From positions 682,001 to 746,000 of the forward strand of contig CDRNVI010000054.1 in assembly GCA_977017575.1 (NCBI GenBank): DNA of 64,000 nucleotides. Reading direction: 5' to 3'. Shown here in pieces: positions 1 to 11,320 of the stretch (its first letter is position 1; the number at the start of each line of letters is the position of its first letter). The translations under genes were made by a program, and so were the position numbers. The DNA is from Paramoeba atlantica (Eukaryota; Protista; Discosea). The notes below the pieces were generated by a model. That model made no database searches. It saw nothing but the letters and a program-made list of their open reading frames with translations, and was not told the origin of the DNA.

Positions 1-880
1 AGGGGCTTGCGCAGCGCTAAAATCACAAGCACAAGCCATCTCTCACGGGACGCAATATGGTGTTGCTGTCCCCGCTGGAGCGGAACGGATGATACATCGT
101 TGTCGACAAACGGTCTCTGCTCACATAGACGATCCGGAATTTGTTTTTTGCAAAGTCGATCTAGCTAACGCGTTCAACAACGTAGCTCTTCACCCCGCCT
201 CGGCACATAACGCTACTCTGTTCCAGGACATCCCCGGGAACAGGATAAACCTAGACGGCGAATTCGATATCTTGGGAAGCCCTGTTGGATCGACCGATCA
301 TTGCACAAACTTTCTCTACACAAAAGCTTTACTCCCCGCACAAGCCACACTTCAGGCAATAAAGAAAGTCGAAGACCCCCAAGTGGCGGTGACACTGATT
401 CGGCAATGCTCAGGTTTTTGCCAACTAGTTTTTTCTATGCGCACGACGCCCCCTCAGGTAATATCGAACCTTTGCAAAAACCTCGATGATGCAGGACTAC
501 AAGCATTAGAGGGGGTCATCGGCTCGCTTAACTCCTCGGCACGCTCCCAGGCTCGGCGTAACAAAAGGCACGGCGGTTTCAGTCTGCGATCCTCGTTCAC
601 CCACGCTGCCGCGGCGTATGTGTCTTCCGTTGCATTCGCAGCATTTTGCGATAGGTGGGACGCAGAAGACGCTGCCGGTTTTCCCGAGGCAGCGCGCCAT
701 GTCAACGAGCTCATCGATACACCCCTCATAAACGAACGCACAGGGCGTTACTTGCAGGACGCTATTCCCACGGCTCCCGGTCGCACTCCCACTGCTCCGA
801 CTCTTCCGGTCGATCTGACACTCCCTGATCCGACGCGTCCTGAGGTAAAACCGCGGATCCCTAGGCAGCAAGCCAAACAT
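1..880 (+). pseudogene. CRE-clade non-LTR retroelement RT fragment, catalytic core deleted
   Basis: ORF 89..940: GAERMIHRCR...FCKVDLANAFNNV joined directly to ALHPASAHN...LLGSPVG. Homologous to the elements at 44.7-64 kb, but lacks the QQG/WYLDD segment present there. Confidence 0.85.
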
Positions 881-1453
881 CGAAAGTCTACAACTTACCA
901 TGAGTACTCATCGAAGGTCCCCCCTAGCCGTGCGTTTTAGGCGTATTAAATTTATTTATTAACAGATAAATTAATATAAATTAAAGATCTCAAAACGAAA
1001 ATATGGTATCATAACCCTACCATGACCCCTAATGCAAAAAATAAGGCGGGGTGCCTTATTGGTGGCCAGGGGTTTTTAGGGGTATTTTTATTCATTTATC
1101 CTTTAATTAATGCTTTGTCGGTAATGAATGGTAGAATTCTTTTTGAATTGATGCGCAAAAGAATTGAAGAGCCTCTGCACAAGTAAAAAAAATAGTACTC
1201 CTCCTAAAAGGAGATCGCAAGGTATATACGTATGACAGAAAAGGTTTCCTGCGTCATGCACTACAAGCCATTTATGTGGCTGTACAAAAAGGCAACGCCG
1301 CTATACTATCCTCCGCGGTGAAAGAGTGGAGGAAGGCGGGTGTCCGCTAATGATGCATGTAAGAATGACATTGCAACATAGTCGACAGGCATTGCCGGAA
1401 ACAAATAATAGTATTTTTTAAATACCCTTAATATTTTATCTAACTTACGTGTA

Positions 1454-2167
1454 ATGGATTCCCAAGCTCCATCCACGCGCCCTTCGAAAGTTCGTGCAGT
1501 GAGTGTACCACAAGAAATGGATCTTGAGCGGCTCACCAGCAGTTTGTACACTCATCATGAGAGCTGGAGTTCAGATGTTTCCGCTTGCAAATGGAAAGGC
1601 ATCAAGTGCAACTCTGAGGAGAAAGTTACAGACATAAAGTGGAACCGTCAAAACCTGAGTGGATCCATGAAATTTGAGTATATTCCAATATCCGTTGAGA
1701 CGCTCGACATTGAACACAACTATATACGTGGTGAACTTGTCCTAAGTGACCTTTTCCCTTTAGTAAATTTTACTGCTTTCTATCTAGGGGAGAACAAATT
1801 TACAGGCAATCCGGATCTTTCCAGACTTCCGAAGCTTTCTACTGCAGCGTGGATGGAAAGAAATGAATTGTCTGGTGATATATGCCTTACACAGTTGCCC
1901 ATCGATCTGGCATATATTGACGTTAGCGATAACTTGTTAACGGGAAAACTAGATTTGGGGGCACTCCCACGCACTCTTGAATCATTGTACTTGTCTGGAA
2001 ACAAATTCGAAGGGATTATAGATTTATCGCTAGTACCGGAGAAGCTAGATGCCATTTCATTAGAAAACAATGAGCTCCTCGAAGGTACAATATTCGCGAG
2101 TAAACTCCGTCGGCGGTTAAGGAATCACATTGATGTATCGAATACCAAGCTTGTGATCTTAGATTAA
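1454..2167 (+). CDS. LRR protein (LRRNT-type cap + plant-type LRRs)
   Basis: SRPSKV...PQE motif, ACKWKGIKC cap, repeats LxLxxNxFxGxxDLxxLP. Confidence 0.9.
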   Translation: MDSQAPSTRPSKVRAVSVPQEMDLERLTSSLYTHHESWSSDVSACKWKGIKCNSEEKVTDIKWNRQNLSGSMKFEYIPISVETLDIEHNYIRGELVLSDLFPLVNFTAFYLGENKFTGNPDLSRLPKLSTAAWMERNELSGDICLTQLPIDLAYIDVSDNLLTGKLDLGALPRTLESLYLSGNKFEGIIDLSLVPEKLDAISLENNELLEGTIFASKLRRRLRNHIDVSNTKLVILD

Positions 2168-2570
2168 GATAATAATTTAATACGCACTATGAATTTATGA
2201 ATTCAGGTCCCTTTCATGAAATAAAGTATTAGAAAATAATTCATAAATTATGTGATTCATAAACATTTTTATGTTTTGTCCCTTAGCTCGATAGTCCCCT
2301 AGCTACATGCCCGTATGGAAAATATTGATTTCCCGTAAATAAATTATTACTGTTAGTACTGTTTTGTGAACCCCCTTTATACGTAAAGAATTTCAAAAGT
2401 TCAGGTTGCCCCTTCAAGACCTTCTAAAAGTGTTCTTCTAAAAGTCCTGATAACGGCGGAAGTATAAGAAAGGGGATAATTACAATTCCTAGAGTTTTAG
2501 GATTATCCTTTTAAAGTTCCAGAAAACTGTTTGCGCGGACGTCTCACGCGGAGCTAAGGTAAAGAACACC

Positions 2571-3329
2571 TTGTTGCCCCCTCATGTGCAACTTCTTTGT
2601 TTCTTAAAGCACGTGACGAATCCGCATTCTACATGGAAACAATCCGTCTCATTAACCGAATGGGAGGGCGTAGATTTAGATGAAGACGGAAGACCCGAAT
2701 ATATTGAGTTCACGAACCAACGACTAAAAGGCGAACTGAGCTGGAAGTTTCTCCTCGACACGGTCAACACTTGTATTCTTTACGGGACGGAGCTGATCGG
2801 AACGATTCCATGGAGCTCACTGCCACGGGCTCTGACTTGTCTTGAGTTACAACACTGTAAATTCTCTGGTGCTCTTCCCACACGGCTGAATCCGCTTCCC
2901 GAGAGTGTCTCCACACTTAAGCTCAACGAGAACCTTTTTTCAGGTCCTATAGAACTAGAGGCATTACCTCAAAAACTCGAATTGTTTTCCATTACAAACA
3001 ATTTATTAACCGGAGAATTCGACCTCACTCGACTTCCCCGTACCCTTAAAACGGTTTCGGCCTCTGAGAACGGCTTTACGGGCCCTTTAGTGCTTACCTC
3101 GCTCCCACCCACGCTGGGCTCTTTGCACCTTCGTGGGAATGCGTTCTCCGGATCCATCGATTTAACGAAGCTCCCGAAAACCTTGCACAGGTTGGATCTC
3201 AGCTGCAATGAACTTTCCGGAGTTGTGCGATGGAGGAAATTGCCACGTGTGCTTGTGATTTTTCGGTTGATGACAAACCGTTTCAGTTCGTATGATCCTC
3301 CGCAGACCCCGGATATCATGCTTATTTGA
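2571..3329 (+). CDS. LRR protein, start codon uncertain
   Basis: Clear LRRs (LxLxxNxLxGxxDLTRLP). The frame is open upstream through ADVSRGAKV to a TAG near 2490 with no ATG, so it may be 5'-damaged. Confidence 0.8.
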   Translation: MLPPHVQLLCFLKHVTNPHSTWKQSVSLTEWEGVDLDEDGRPEYIEFTNQRLKGELSWKFLLDTVNTCILYGTELIGTIPWSSLPRALTCLELQHCKFSGALPTRLNPLPESVSTLKLNENLFSGPIELEALPQKLELFSITNNLLTGEFDLTRLPRTLKTVSASENGFTGPLVLTSLPPTLGSLHLRGNAFSGSIDLTKLPKTLHRLDLSCNELSGVVRWRKLPRVLVIFRLMTNRFSSYDPPQTPDIMLI

Positions 3330-3562
3330 ATGGCCGATGCCCTCGGGGTAGGATATAGAAGAAATGCACGAAAGAGTGTAATGCATGGTGAAGCTTTATT
3401 GAACGCCCTGAAAGAATAGCCAGCTGGCCACCTCATGGGAAAGTGGCGAGTCAGCCATTGTTTAAGATGTTGCGATTGATCTTACTTATACGAAATATAA
3501 GCCGTTAGGTGAATCTCGGTCGTAACCTACATGTACATGCAAATGTACATGTACCGGGAAAA

Positions 3563-3912
3563 TTGCGGTGGTTGTATAACTACCGCTCTACCCTCGATTA
3601 TTGAAAAAAGGTGAACGAAAACATTGAAAATATAAAGAGGAACACAGTAATATAATAGAAGAAAAAAATATAAGAGGGGGCCCCGGTGGTCCAAAATTGA
3701 AAAAAATGGGGGGTCCAGGGAAAATCTTGATTTTCGAAATGGAGCGCAGGGAAGCGGTAGAGTAGGCCGCGGCGATGACTTTCCCCCCCCACCTAGGGGT
3801 ACCCCCCCGGTACGCGCGGGAGGGGTCCGACAAGGTCAAAAATTCCGAAATTTTTGGGATGACTAAAAAGAAAAAAAAAATCGCGTTTTTTCGCGTTTAA
3901 CGAAGAGCCTAA
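3563..3912 (+). mobile_element. Dispersed repeat family A (Helentron/DINE-like non-autonomous element)
   Basis: Starts TT-gcggtggttgtataactaccgc (hairpin) and ends cgcgtttaacgaagagcctaaa. Copies at 5269, 12690-13408 (rev), 24791, 26497, 30810 and 37775 (rev). Confidence 0.55.
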
Positions 3913-3966
3913 ATAATAATGTAATTTGTATCAGCTTGTATCAGTTTGTAGTAAACTCACTACAAA

Positions 3967-4719
3967 TTGAATCCAGAGTATGTCAATACGTATTACTACG
4001 AATCTCCTACAGCATCTCATATCATTTACGCCAGCACATACATGACGCCGATATATTGTGGTATGTTTGTCCTAATTCGGTTAAGTGCAGTTGATGGGTC
4101 ATCTCGGCCAAGCAAAGTACGTGGCACTGTGTTACCACAGGAGTACACATTGGCTCAATTTGTGAGTAATTTAACGGACAAGGAGTTAACATGGAGTGAG
4201 GAAACACCCGCGTGTGAGTGGAAGTACGTTGAATGCAACCCTGATAAGCAAGTAGTTTCTCTTGAGTGGAGCAACACGTTTCTTGATTCAGCGTTTTCTG
4301 ACTACCCGTCCGTACAAGGGCAAGTGTTATGGGAATTTATCCCCAACACATTGCGTGTCTTTCGAGCCTGCCGGCAAGGCTTGACGGGGCCTGTGAAACT
4401 TTCCCTATTACCACCTCAGTTGCGCATTTTCGTTATAAATCTAAATTTATGTGACGGAACGCTGGACCTGACTCTTTTGCCATGTGACTTAAAGAACCTT
4501 ACATTGAATTCAAATAAGTTCGTCGGAGAAATTGACCTCACACGCCTCCCCGCATCACTTCAAAATTTGGACCTTCATAACAATAGGTTGCACGGAAAAC
4601 TGGATCTTGCGAAACTTCCTGAAGCACTAATTGTCCTCAGACTTTCTGACAATTATTTCGATATTCCGGAATCTATTCCTGATCTTGTTGTGGTGGGTTC
4701 TCAGTCAAAATACTACTAA
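3967..4719 (+). CDS. LRR protein (likely ATG at 4042 or 4063)
   Basis: SRPSKVRGTVLPQEY, ACEWKYVEC cap, LRRs. Confidence 0.88.
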   Translation: MNPEYVNTYYYESPTASHIIYASTYMTPIYCGMFVLIRLSAVDGSSRPSKVRGTVLPQEYTLAQFVSNLTDKELTWSEETPACEWKYVECNPDKQVVSLEWSNTFLDSAFSDYPSVQGQVLWEFIPNTLRVFRACRQGLTGPVKLSLLPPQLRIFVINLNLCDGTLDLTLLPCDLKNLTLNSNKFVGEIDLTRLPASLQNLDLHNNRLHGKLDLAKLPEALIVLRLSDNYFDIPESIPDLVVVGSQSKYY

Positions 4720-4812
4720 TGGACACATCGTGCAAGATATTATTATTTATTAATAATAAATATCTTTATTAATGATTATGATTATAAATATAATTATAAA
4801 TCCAAAAGTTCC

Positions 4813-5219
4813 ACCGGTGAAACTTTAATTAAGAATAACATCAATTAACGTAATGTCTGACGAGAAAAAAATGTTTACGTTAATTAATGCTACGTTAATT
4901 AAAGTTACGTTAATTAATGTTGTTGTGGCGCGATAGTAAAAAAATTAGTTTCACAATGGTTTACTATTTTTAAGCCCACAAGCTTGAACAAAGTTTGGGA
5001 ACTTATCCAAAGTTCCACCTAAAGTGAAATAGTCCACCGCCTATGGGTGTAGTTTCCACGGGCAACGGGCCGTATTCTTGAGGCATCTGCTAGAAATTTA
5101 AAAAAAGAAATGGTTAATTATTTTTCGCCATTTTTTGACCAAAATTAATTATTACGTTAATTAATGCTACGTTAATTAGAAAAACGTACATTTTAATTAC
5201 GTTAAAAAGTGTCACCGGT
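4813..5219. mobile_element. MITE-like element with ~15-bp TIRs and internal ACGTTAATTAA repeats
   Basis: Left accggtgaaacttt; right aaagtgtcaccggt (reverse complement accggtgacacttt). Copy at 26041-26447. Confidence 0.55.
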
Positions 5220-5268
5220 ATATTATATCATTATAATTATTTATGAAATGGACAGTATAATTTTTATA

Positions 5269-5385
5269 TTGCAGTGGTTGTATAACTACCGCTCTACACT
5301 CGATGATTGAAAAAAAGTGAACACAAACAGTGAAAATATAAAGAGGAACACAGTAGAGAACCACCGCGTTTAAGGAAGCGACTAA
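5269..5385 (+). mobile_element. Family A, internally deleted short copy
   Basis: ttgcagtggttgtataactaccgc ... aaccaccgcgtttaaggaagcg; both subterminal inverted repeats are retained. Confidence 0.5.
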
Positions 5386-6501
5386 AAAAGAAATATATTT
5401 TACGACATTAACACGCCGCGAAGCGGCGCGAAACTTCTTTATTGCTCCTTTGGCTCTCTAAAAAAATATGTTTTGTGCTACAAGTACAGCGTGCGTGGTA
5501 CTACCCCCTTCATGTGTTGAGCTACAGAGCTTCATCTTCACCCCTTTCCTTCCCTGACCTGGCCTTTCTGACTGTCACTAACTGCCATGAATTTCACAGA
5601 CTGCCACGAGTTTCACTGACTGACTGCACTGTGTCCAATAGCAACCAAATGTGCTGTTACGTCCTCTTGCAGCCACGCATTGATGCCCCCCGCAGCGAAA
5701 GCCTAGTACCACCATTGGCACTGAGAGCGCCGTTTGTAAATGAGTTTGAGAGCGCCGCTTGAAAAAGCGTCACGCGGTGGCTCAGACTCTGCTGCATTGC
5801 CGAGGCGACCTCCTCGACGCTTTAGCTCCTTTCTTCAGTCCGGAGTTTGCAAGTTCAACTACGTTCTTGTGGATGCCAGTCGCAATAATCCACTCTTTGT
5901 GGTTCACAACTTCTCTTCGTTGGCCTTGTCGCGTGCTCTTGTCCTCATCTCAGCGAGATGTCCGTAACTTCCGATGTCCTCTCCGCAACAGCGCGGGTGC
6001 GCCCACAGGCAGGTGTAAAACTGGCCTTGTTTACCTGTTCGCAAGATTTTGATGTTCACAAGATGTTAACTCTCGTTTACAATGCAGTAGATCTGTTTTT
6101 CTACCGAGGCAAGGTGGACCAACAACTACCCAGCCAACACGGAGAAAAATACCTCAGCTAAGCTGCTTACCACATTCCCGTATTCATACATGATGTGTAC
6201 CATCATCATGCATGTAGGGTGTTGTTGCAAGGGAACGGACAACGTAGGTTCGGTCACGTCACGTGGTCCCGTATTAGGGTCCTGCGACGCATACGATCTT
6301 GTTGCTTGTGAGGCCATTAAGATACAGTAAAACGTAAGAAAAATAAAGCAGCAAGGTATGGAAACTATACAAAAAATATACGTCTCAGATGAGTGTGTAA
6401 CACAAAATTATCCCCCTGCAGGGTTTCATTTTCTTGCCATTGGCCACACTAAGAAAGAGCTTGTTTCCCCTTGTTTTTCGTTTGTACACTAAAACCTGCA
6501 C

Positions 6502-7161
6502 ATGAACCTCTTGCCGAACTGGTGGGCCGCATCGGAGTCTTCCCCCTCCCCCCAGCGTGCCGATTTCGGAGGCAAACTCTCCGGGGCGGGTCTGCCCGAG
6601 GAATACCTTATGGAGCGCGTGGTACGCAACCTCTCCCCGAGCCATCCCACATGGCGCCCCTCCGTCGCGCTCTGTTCCTGGGAGGGGATCAAGTGTGATG
6701 GGGCGCAAAAAGTGACCTGGATCCGGTGGGATTGGCGACAGTTAAGAGGCACGCTCTCGTGGGCGTTGCCCCCCGGTTTGGTGTATTTCGGCGTGCAATC
6801 CAATGAAATACACGGAGAAGTTGAATTTTCACAGCTTCCCCTACATTTGCAACATTTTTATTTGAGCGAAAATGGTTTTACCGGAAAGGTGGACCTCGCG
6901 GGTATGCCTCGAAGTTTAGATTGTATCGCATTGGACTGCAATTTGTTGAGCGGGGAAGTGGAGTTTCACGCCCTGCCACCAAATTTGCGGATGCTCATGC
7001 TGCAGAAAAATCCGGATCTTACTGGCATATTAGAGGAAAATGTGATGCCAAGGAAAGCAGAGTACAATTTTGCGCGAACGCAGATAGTGTGTTGGAATGG
7101 AATGGTACAGCGACTGATACAGAAGGGACAGGGTGCGCAAATACTGTATCAGTACAAATAG
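6502..7161 (+). CDS. LRR protein
   Basis: LPEEYL, CSWEGIKC cap, LRRs. The paralog at 27730 stops earlier (CGA>TGA). Confidence 0.88.
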   Translation: MNLLPNWWAASESSPSPQRADFGGKLSGAGLPEEYLMERVVRNLSPSHPTWRPSVALCSWEGIKCDGAQKVTWIRWDWRQLRGTLSWALPPGLVYFGVQSNEIHGEVEFSQLPLHLQHFYLSENGFTGKVDLAGMPRSLDCIALDCNLLSGEVEFHALPPNLRMLMLQKNPDLTGILEENVMPRKAEYNFARTQIVCWNGMVQRLIQKGQGAQILYQYK

Positions 7162-7499
7162 AATTCTTTTCTGCATTTTCTCTTTTGGAATGGGATTCTT
7201 TTCTGCATTCTCTGAATGCAGCTGTATGAACTTGCGACTCGCCACTCGCACCTTTATCTGTCATAGAAGGTGGCCACTTATCTGTCATACTAACTCGCGC
7301 GTTTATCTGTCATAATTCGATTAAAAAAATGAGGTCGTAATATCTTTTCGAGACCAAAAAAAATCGACGCGTTTTCTTCACCGGAATGTATTTTTTTTCT
7401 TTTTCGAAAACATGGAATTTACATTCAGTCCTACTTCTGGGAGTCCAGAACTGCCCCCGGCAAGGCCCCGGAGTTGCGAGAGGCCTCCATACCTCACAA

Positions 7500-8095
7500 C
7501 GACCACCTTCCCCCCTATTTAGCTTCTGGTGTTCGAATGGAGCATCATTTAACAGCACTTCCATAGGGCGTCCGTTGATCTCGGAAACAACACGATGCAT
7601 GTCATCCTGTGGGAGACTCGTAAAAGAATACTTCTTCGGATAGTAATCACGGACATACGAGCCCCCCACGACGCAAAACTTTTACGACCTTCCACCATCG
7701 TTCTCGCCTGGCTTTAAAAAATTGTATATTGCCTGTCGGGATACTTTTATTCCATGCTCCTTGAACAAAGTGAAGCTGACTTGCTGAGGACTGTACCGGC
7801 GAGTCAGAAGATCAGTTGCCATGCCGATGAGTTCGGTTTATTTTACGTGGATGGACGAATCTCTTTTTCATGGCATTCGTTGTCATGATTACATTGGGTT
7901 TTTATTCGGCCAAATACGCGTCGTAAACTCCTTTCTTGCAACGACGCTTTAATTGACAACTTATGCCAGATTGGGTAAGTTGCAGACTCTCGGGAATCTC
8001 AGTTCGAGATAAATTATCAGTGATATACATTTGTATTTGTGCACGGTTGGTGGAGTTCATGCGCTTCGCACGGTTCACATTCGAACCCATAGTCC
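7500..8095 (-). pseudogene. IS30-family-like transposase relic (DDE core deleted)
   Basis: Three colinear IS30-type blocks: HTH (RAQI...LSRTEIPESLQLTQSGISCQLKRR...YDAYLA, 7902-8090), RRYSPQQVS..L...VSRQAIYNFL (7711-7834), and VRDYYPKKYSFTSLPQDDMHRVVSEINGRP...APFE (7530-7669). Confidence 0.65.
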
Positions 8096-8756
8096 TTGAA
8101 GAAGTGCAGAAAAGACGTAAACAATGAAAAACAAAGTCTACGAACTGACAGGTAAGGGTGAATTCATGACACGAAGGTACGGCTCAAAGGTGCGTCTTCG
8201 TAAGGAAGGGTCAATTCATGACAGATAATGGTGCGGGCGCCCTCCTCTTCTTTACTACTCCTTTATTGCAGCTGGAGAAGCTCTGCGCAGTCCGAAATCG
8301 TTGATGGTGATTCTGAAAATGTCAAAAAAGGAACAATAAATCTAAAGGAAATCTCAATACAAATCTAAATCTAAAAGAAGCACTTTTAAAAAAAAAACAA
8401 TTTAAAACTATTTGCCCTGGGCTTATGAGAGCGGTTAGTCTTCAAGACAACGTTAACCCATTGTGAACCAACGGCGCAGAGTCAATGTACACAACTTTTA
8501 CCGTCCCGCTTAGTTTTTTGATAAACAATTCTCATCCTTTTGCATAAATTTTCCCTTTGCATTAAGCATCAGGCCGCTATAAGATAAGTGTATCATAACA
8601 GCATGATTATTTATCCTCAATATTATGTAACATAATAGGGAGTTATTCGGACTATTTTCAGTACTCATTGACAACTGCTTTTGCTTCCACACCACTACTG
8701 GACGAATCTACACTAGACGTTACCTCAGTACCCTTTTATTTCTCAATTCGGTCCGT

Positions 8757-9464
8757 ATGTCAGATTCCCTACACGAAGTAAAGAGCTCGGAAGAATTCGC
8801 GTGCCGTCTTGGTCGCGTCAACCCCCGCTTTCCCCCCGAATATCTTCTTGCACAATTTCTGGAACCCTTGTATCTCATCCCTATGGGATGGGAATTCAAC
8901 ACCACCTCGACAGCAGCATGTCAATGGTATGGAGTGCAATGCGACGCGGATCAGCGCGTCACCAACATTGATTGGTCTCATATCGGGATGAAAAACAAAG
9001 TGAAGGATGAGACTTTACGATGGGAACGATTGCCCGCAACCCTCTTATCCCTGAGTTTGTACAGAAACGATGAACTAAGCCGCTCTCTCCCATTAGAATG
9101 TCTTCCTCAACAAATGGTCGGTCTTCACCTGACTACTAATCTATTTTCCGGGACATTGGACTTGAGTTGCGTACCACACACGATGCAACACATGGGACTT
9201 GCTCTAAACCGTTTCAAACAGGCCCTACACTTTGACGCTCTCCCCCAGGGTCTTAAGACGCTCTCCTTAAAGTACAATTTCTATTTACGCGGGACGTATG
9301 ACCTCACAACGCTTCCGAGCGGTCTTGTGTTGGATCAGACCTTTTTCACAGACAGCACTCTTCTGGCTGATCAAGCGCACGGTGGACCAAGCGTGCTCTC
9401 ATGCACGAGTCCTCTCATTCCAGAGTGTGTCTTCGTTCACATGGATGAGTGCCGAATTGTTTGA
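8757..9464 (+). CDS. LRR protein
   Basis: RLGRV...PPEYLLAQF, ACQWYGVQC cap, LRRs. Confidence 0.88.
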   Translation: MSDSLHEVKSSEEFACRLGRVNPRFPPEYLLAQFLEPLYLIPMGWEFNTTSTAACQWYGVQCDADQRVTNIDWSHIGMKNKVKDETLRWERLPATLLSLSLYRNDELSRSLPLECLPQQMVGLHLTTNLFSGTLDLSCVPHTMQHMGLALNRFKQALHFDALPQGLKTLSLKYNFYLRGTYDLTTLPSGLVLDQTFFTDSTLLADQAHGGPSVLSCTSPLIPECVFVHMDECRIV

Positions 9465-9659
9465 CCGGTTGGCTTATGACCCCCAAACGGGCAACACTGG
9501 GTCACGTGGGATATGTTTTTGTTGAAAACTTACAAACGTGTTTTGTACAAAATTGTCATAGATGAAGAATATCACCAAACACCATAACAAACTGCTATAA
9601 CAATTACTAAGAATTGTTAATAATACTGATAAGAGTATCGGTAGGTGATGTACTATCAG

Positions 9660-9812
9660 TGTCAGGGAAGACCGCGTGGAGGTCCTGACCATACTTCCCC
9701 ATGCTGAGTGTGTGTCAAGTACGGGATGAAATTAGTACAGAAACGTAGGTAAGTATCGGTAGGTCGGTGTCTGTACCATCAGTGGGATAGCAGTGCCTGG
9801 GAAGACCACGTG
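9660..9812. repeat. Degenerate repeat containing gggaagacc(g/a)cgtggaggtcc
   Basis: Two copies here, two at 12050-12230 and two at 29720-29910. Lies just 3' of the hAT relic. Confidence 0.6.
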
Positions 9813-9831
9813 GAGGTCCATAAAGATTCAT

Positions 9832-10740
9832 TTAAGGATCATTAAAGAAGTTTCGAACCATTCCTTGAAGGGGCTCATCGGATAGATGCTGTTTTTTGTT
9901 CTCAATGTAGAGCATGTGCCCAAATTCTCGTTCCATATGTGTTTCGGAGTAGATCCGATTGGTTGTTTTTCGGAAGACTCGAATGTGTTTATATTTTTGA
10001 GAACCAGTGCTTTTCCAATAATCTTCCACAACTTGACGTTGCATAATCGTCCAACATGAGATCGAATTCCGCTTCAAGAATCTCTCGTGTTCCATTATTT
10101 GCAAAAGTCGTCGCACCCTACTCTTTATCCCGAAGTATACTAACATTGCTTCAACGACAATACGCTTCATCTGATTGATAGCTTTGTCCGTAGAAAATTC
10201 CGTGTACAAAAATCCGAGTATAGCTGCTAGTGATAACACATCCGAAGATACTGTGCAAGATTTGAGCTGCCTCCCGTGGCAGTATACCACTGTTCGAAAA
10301 GTGTAAAGAAACCATTCACGCATTGAAGATCAGTCGTGTCGGATGTTTCACACAAATTGCCGAGTACACGGAGTGGAATAAGTAAATGAAATATTTTCAT
10401 CATATTCTCCTGGTCTCACATTGTTAACGAAGTTGCTATTTCCGAGGAGTTGCTTGCTTTGAGCGCAGCTCGAATCTGCTCATACCCTGACTGCCAGCGC
10501 TTCTCATTCTTTTTAGGAAGAGTATTTCCCGTGCTTCCTTTGTATCAGTCGCTAAGCGCAAGACATGTAATCCACTCAGGTATTAATGAGGTCCTTTGTG
10601 AACACGGACGCTGCGTCTCGCAAATTATATCATTGCACAGTTGTACAACATGTGGCCAACACGGTAAAATAAATACATGATATTGAATATCATGCATTGT
10701 GCGAGAGCCAGGCAGGTGGATTTTTGTAGAATAACACATC
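9832..10740 (-). pseudogene. hAT-superfamily transposase, C-terminal half
   Basis: KNEKRWQSGYEQIRAAL (hAT TRWxSxY-like) near 10480, and EDYWK...KY...SETHMEREFGHM.YI...LSDE (hAT dimerisation-domain-like) in ORF 9832..10323. Frameshifted. Confidence 0.6.
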
Positions 10741-11185
10741 GAATTGCAGAGAAGAGGTGCACGGTGAATCGGACACTGCGTCTGCGAGAGCGAGTAAAAT
10801 TAACTACCGCTTATTATACTAAGTAGTATAAGCATTATAAGTATAAAGATAGTAATGGGATTATGATGAGATTGCACGTAGCTAGTATCGGAGCCTTTTT
10901 AAGGATCCCAGTTTAATGCGCAAACGATCAAGTGTCAATTGTCCAACTTCAAAATGCTTTTCAGAATCATCAATTTGATTCTGGCGATCTGCTCTTGCTC
11001 GCCTCCATTGCTTCAATAATTCCTAAGGAAATTTCAATTCTTCATTTAGATAAAAGGGCATCTGCAAGGCTTCCTTAAGTCGCTTTTCCAATATGTTCCT
11101 CCAGGGTATGTACTTGTACATACCCTGGAGTTTACTCGTAGTGAATCACTGCGGTTCACTACGGGTAAACTCACTAACCCGGGGC

Positions 11186-11320
11186 GCAGTTTAATATCTA
11201 AATGCGCTTTAATATCCAAATGCGCTTTAATATCCAAATAAACACTTTAATATCCAAATAGGCACTTTAATATCCAAATAGACACTTTAATATCCAAATA
11301 GCACTTTAATATCCAAATAG
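11186..11320. repeat. Minisatellite, 7 x 18-20 bp (gcactttaatatccaaatag)
   Basis: Direct reading. Further copies, one of them inverted, at 11830-11910. Confidence 0.9.

Larger units (their letters stand above)
1..7150. repeat. Segmental tandem duplication, copy A (copy B at 21232-28380)
   Basis: ORF sets are identical at offsets 21231/21228, with only scattered SNPs and a 3-bp indel near 2430 (gtgttcttctaaaag vs gtgttctaaaag). Confidence 0.95.

Noticed and set aside
5442-6400. Protein-coding genes from overlapping short ORFs
   Set aside because: No recognisable motifs and stops in every frame; possibly a decayed - strand gene, but unsupported.
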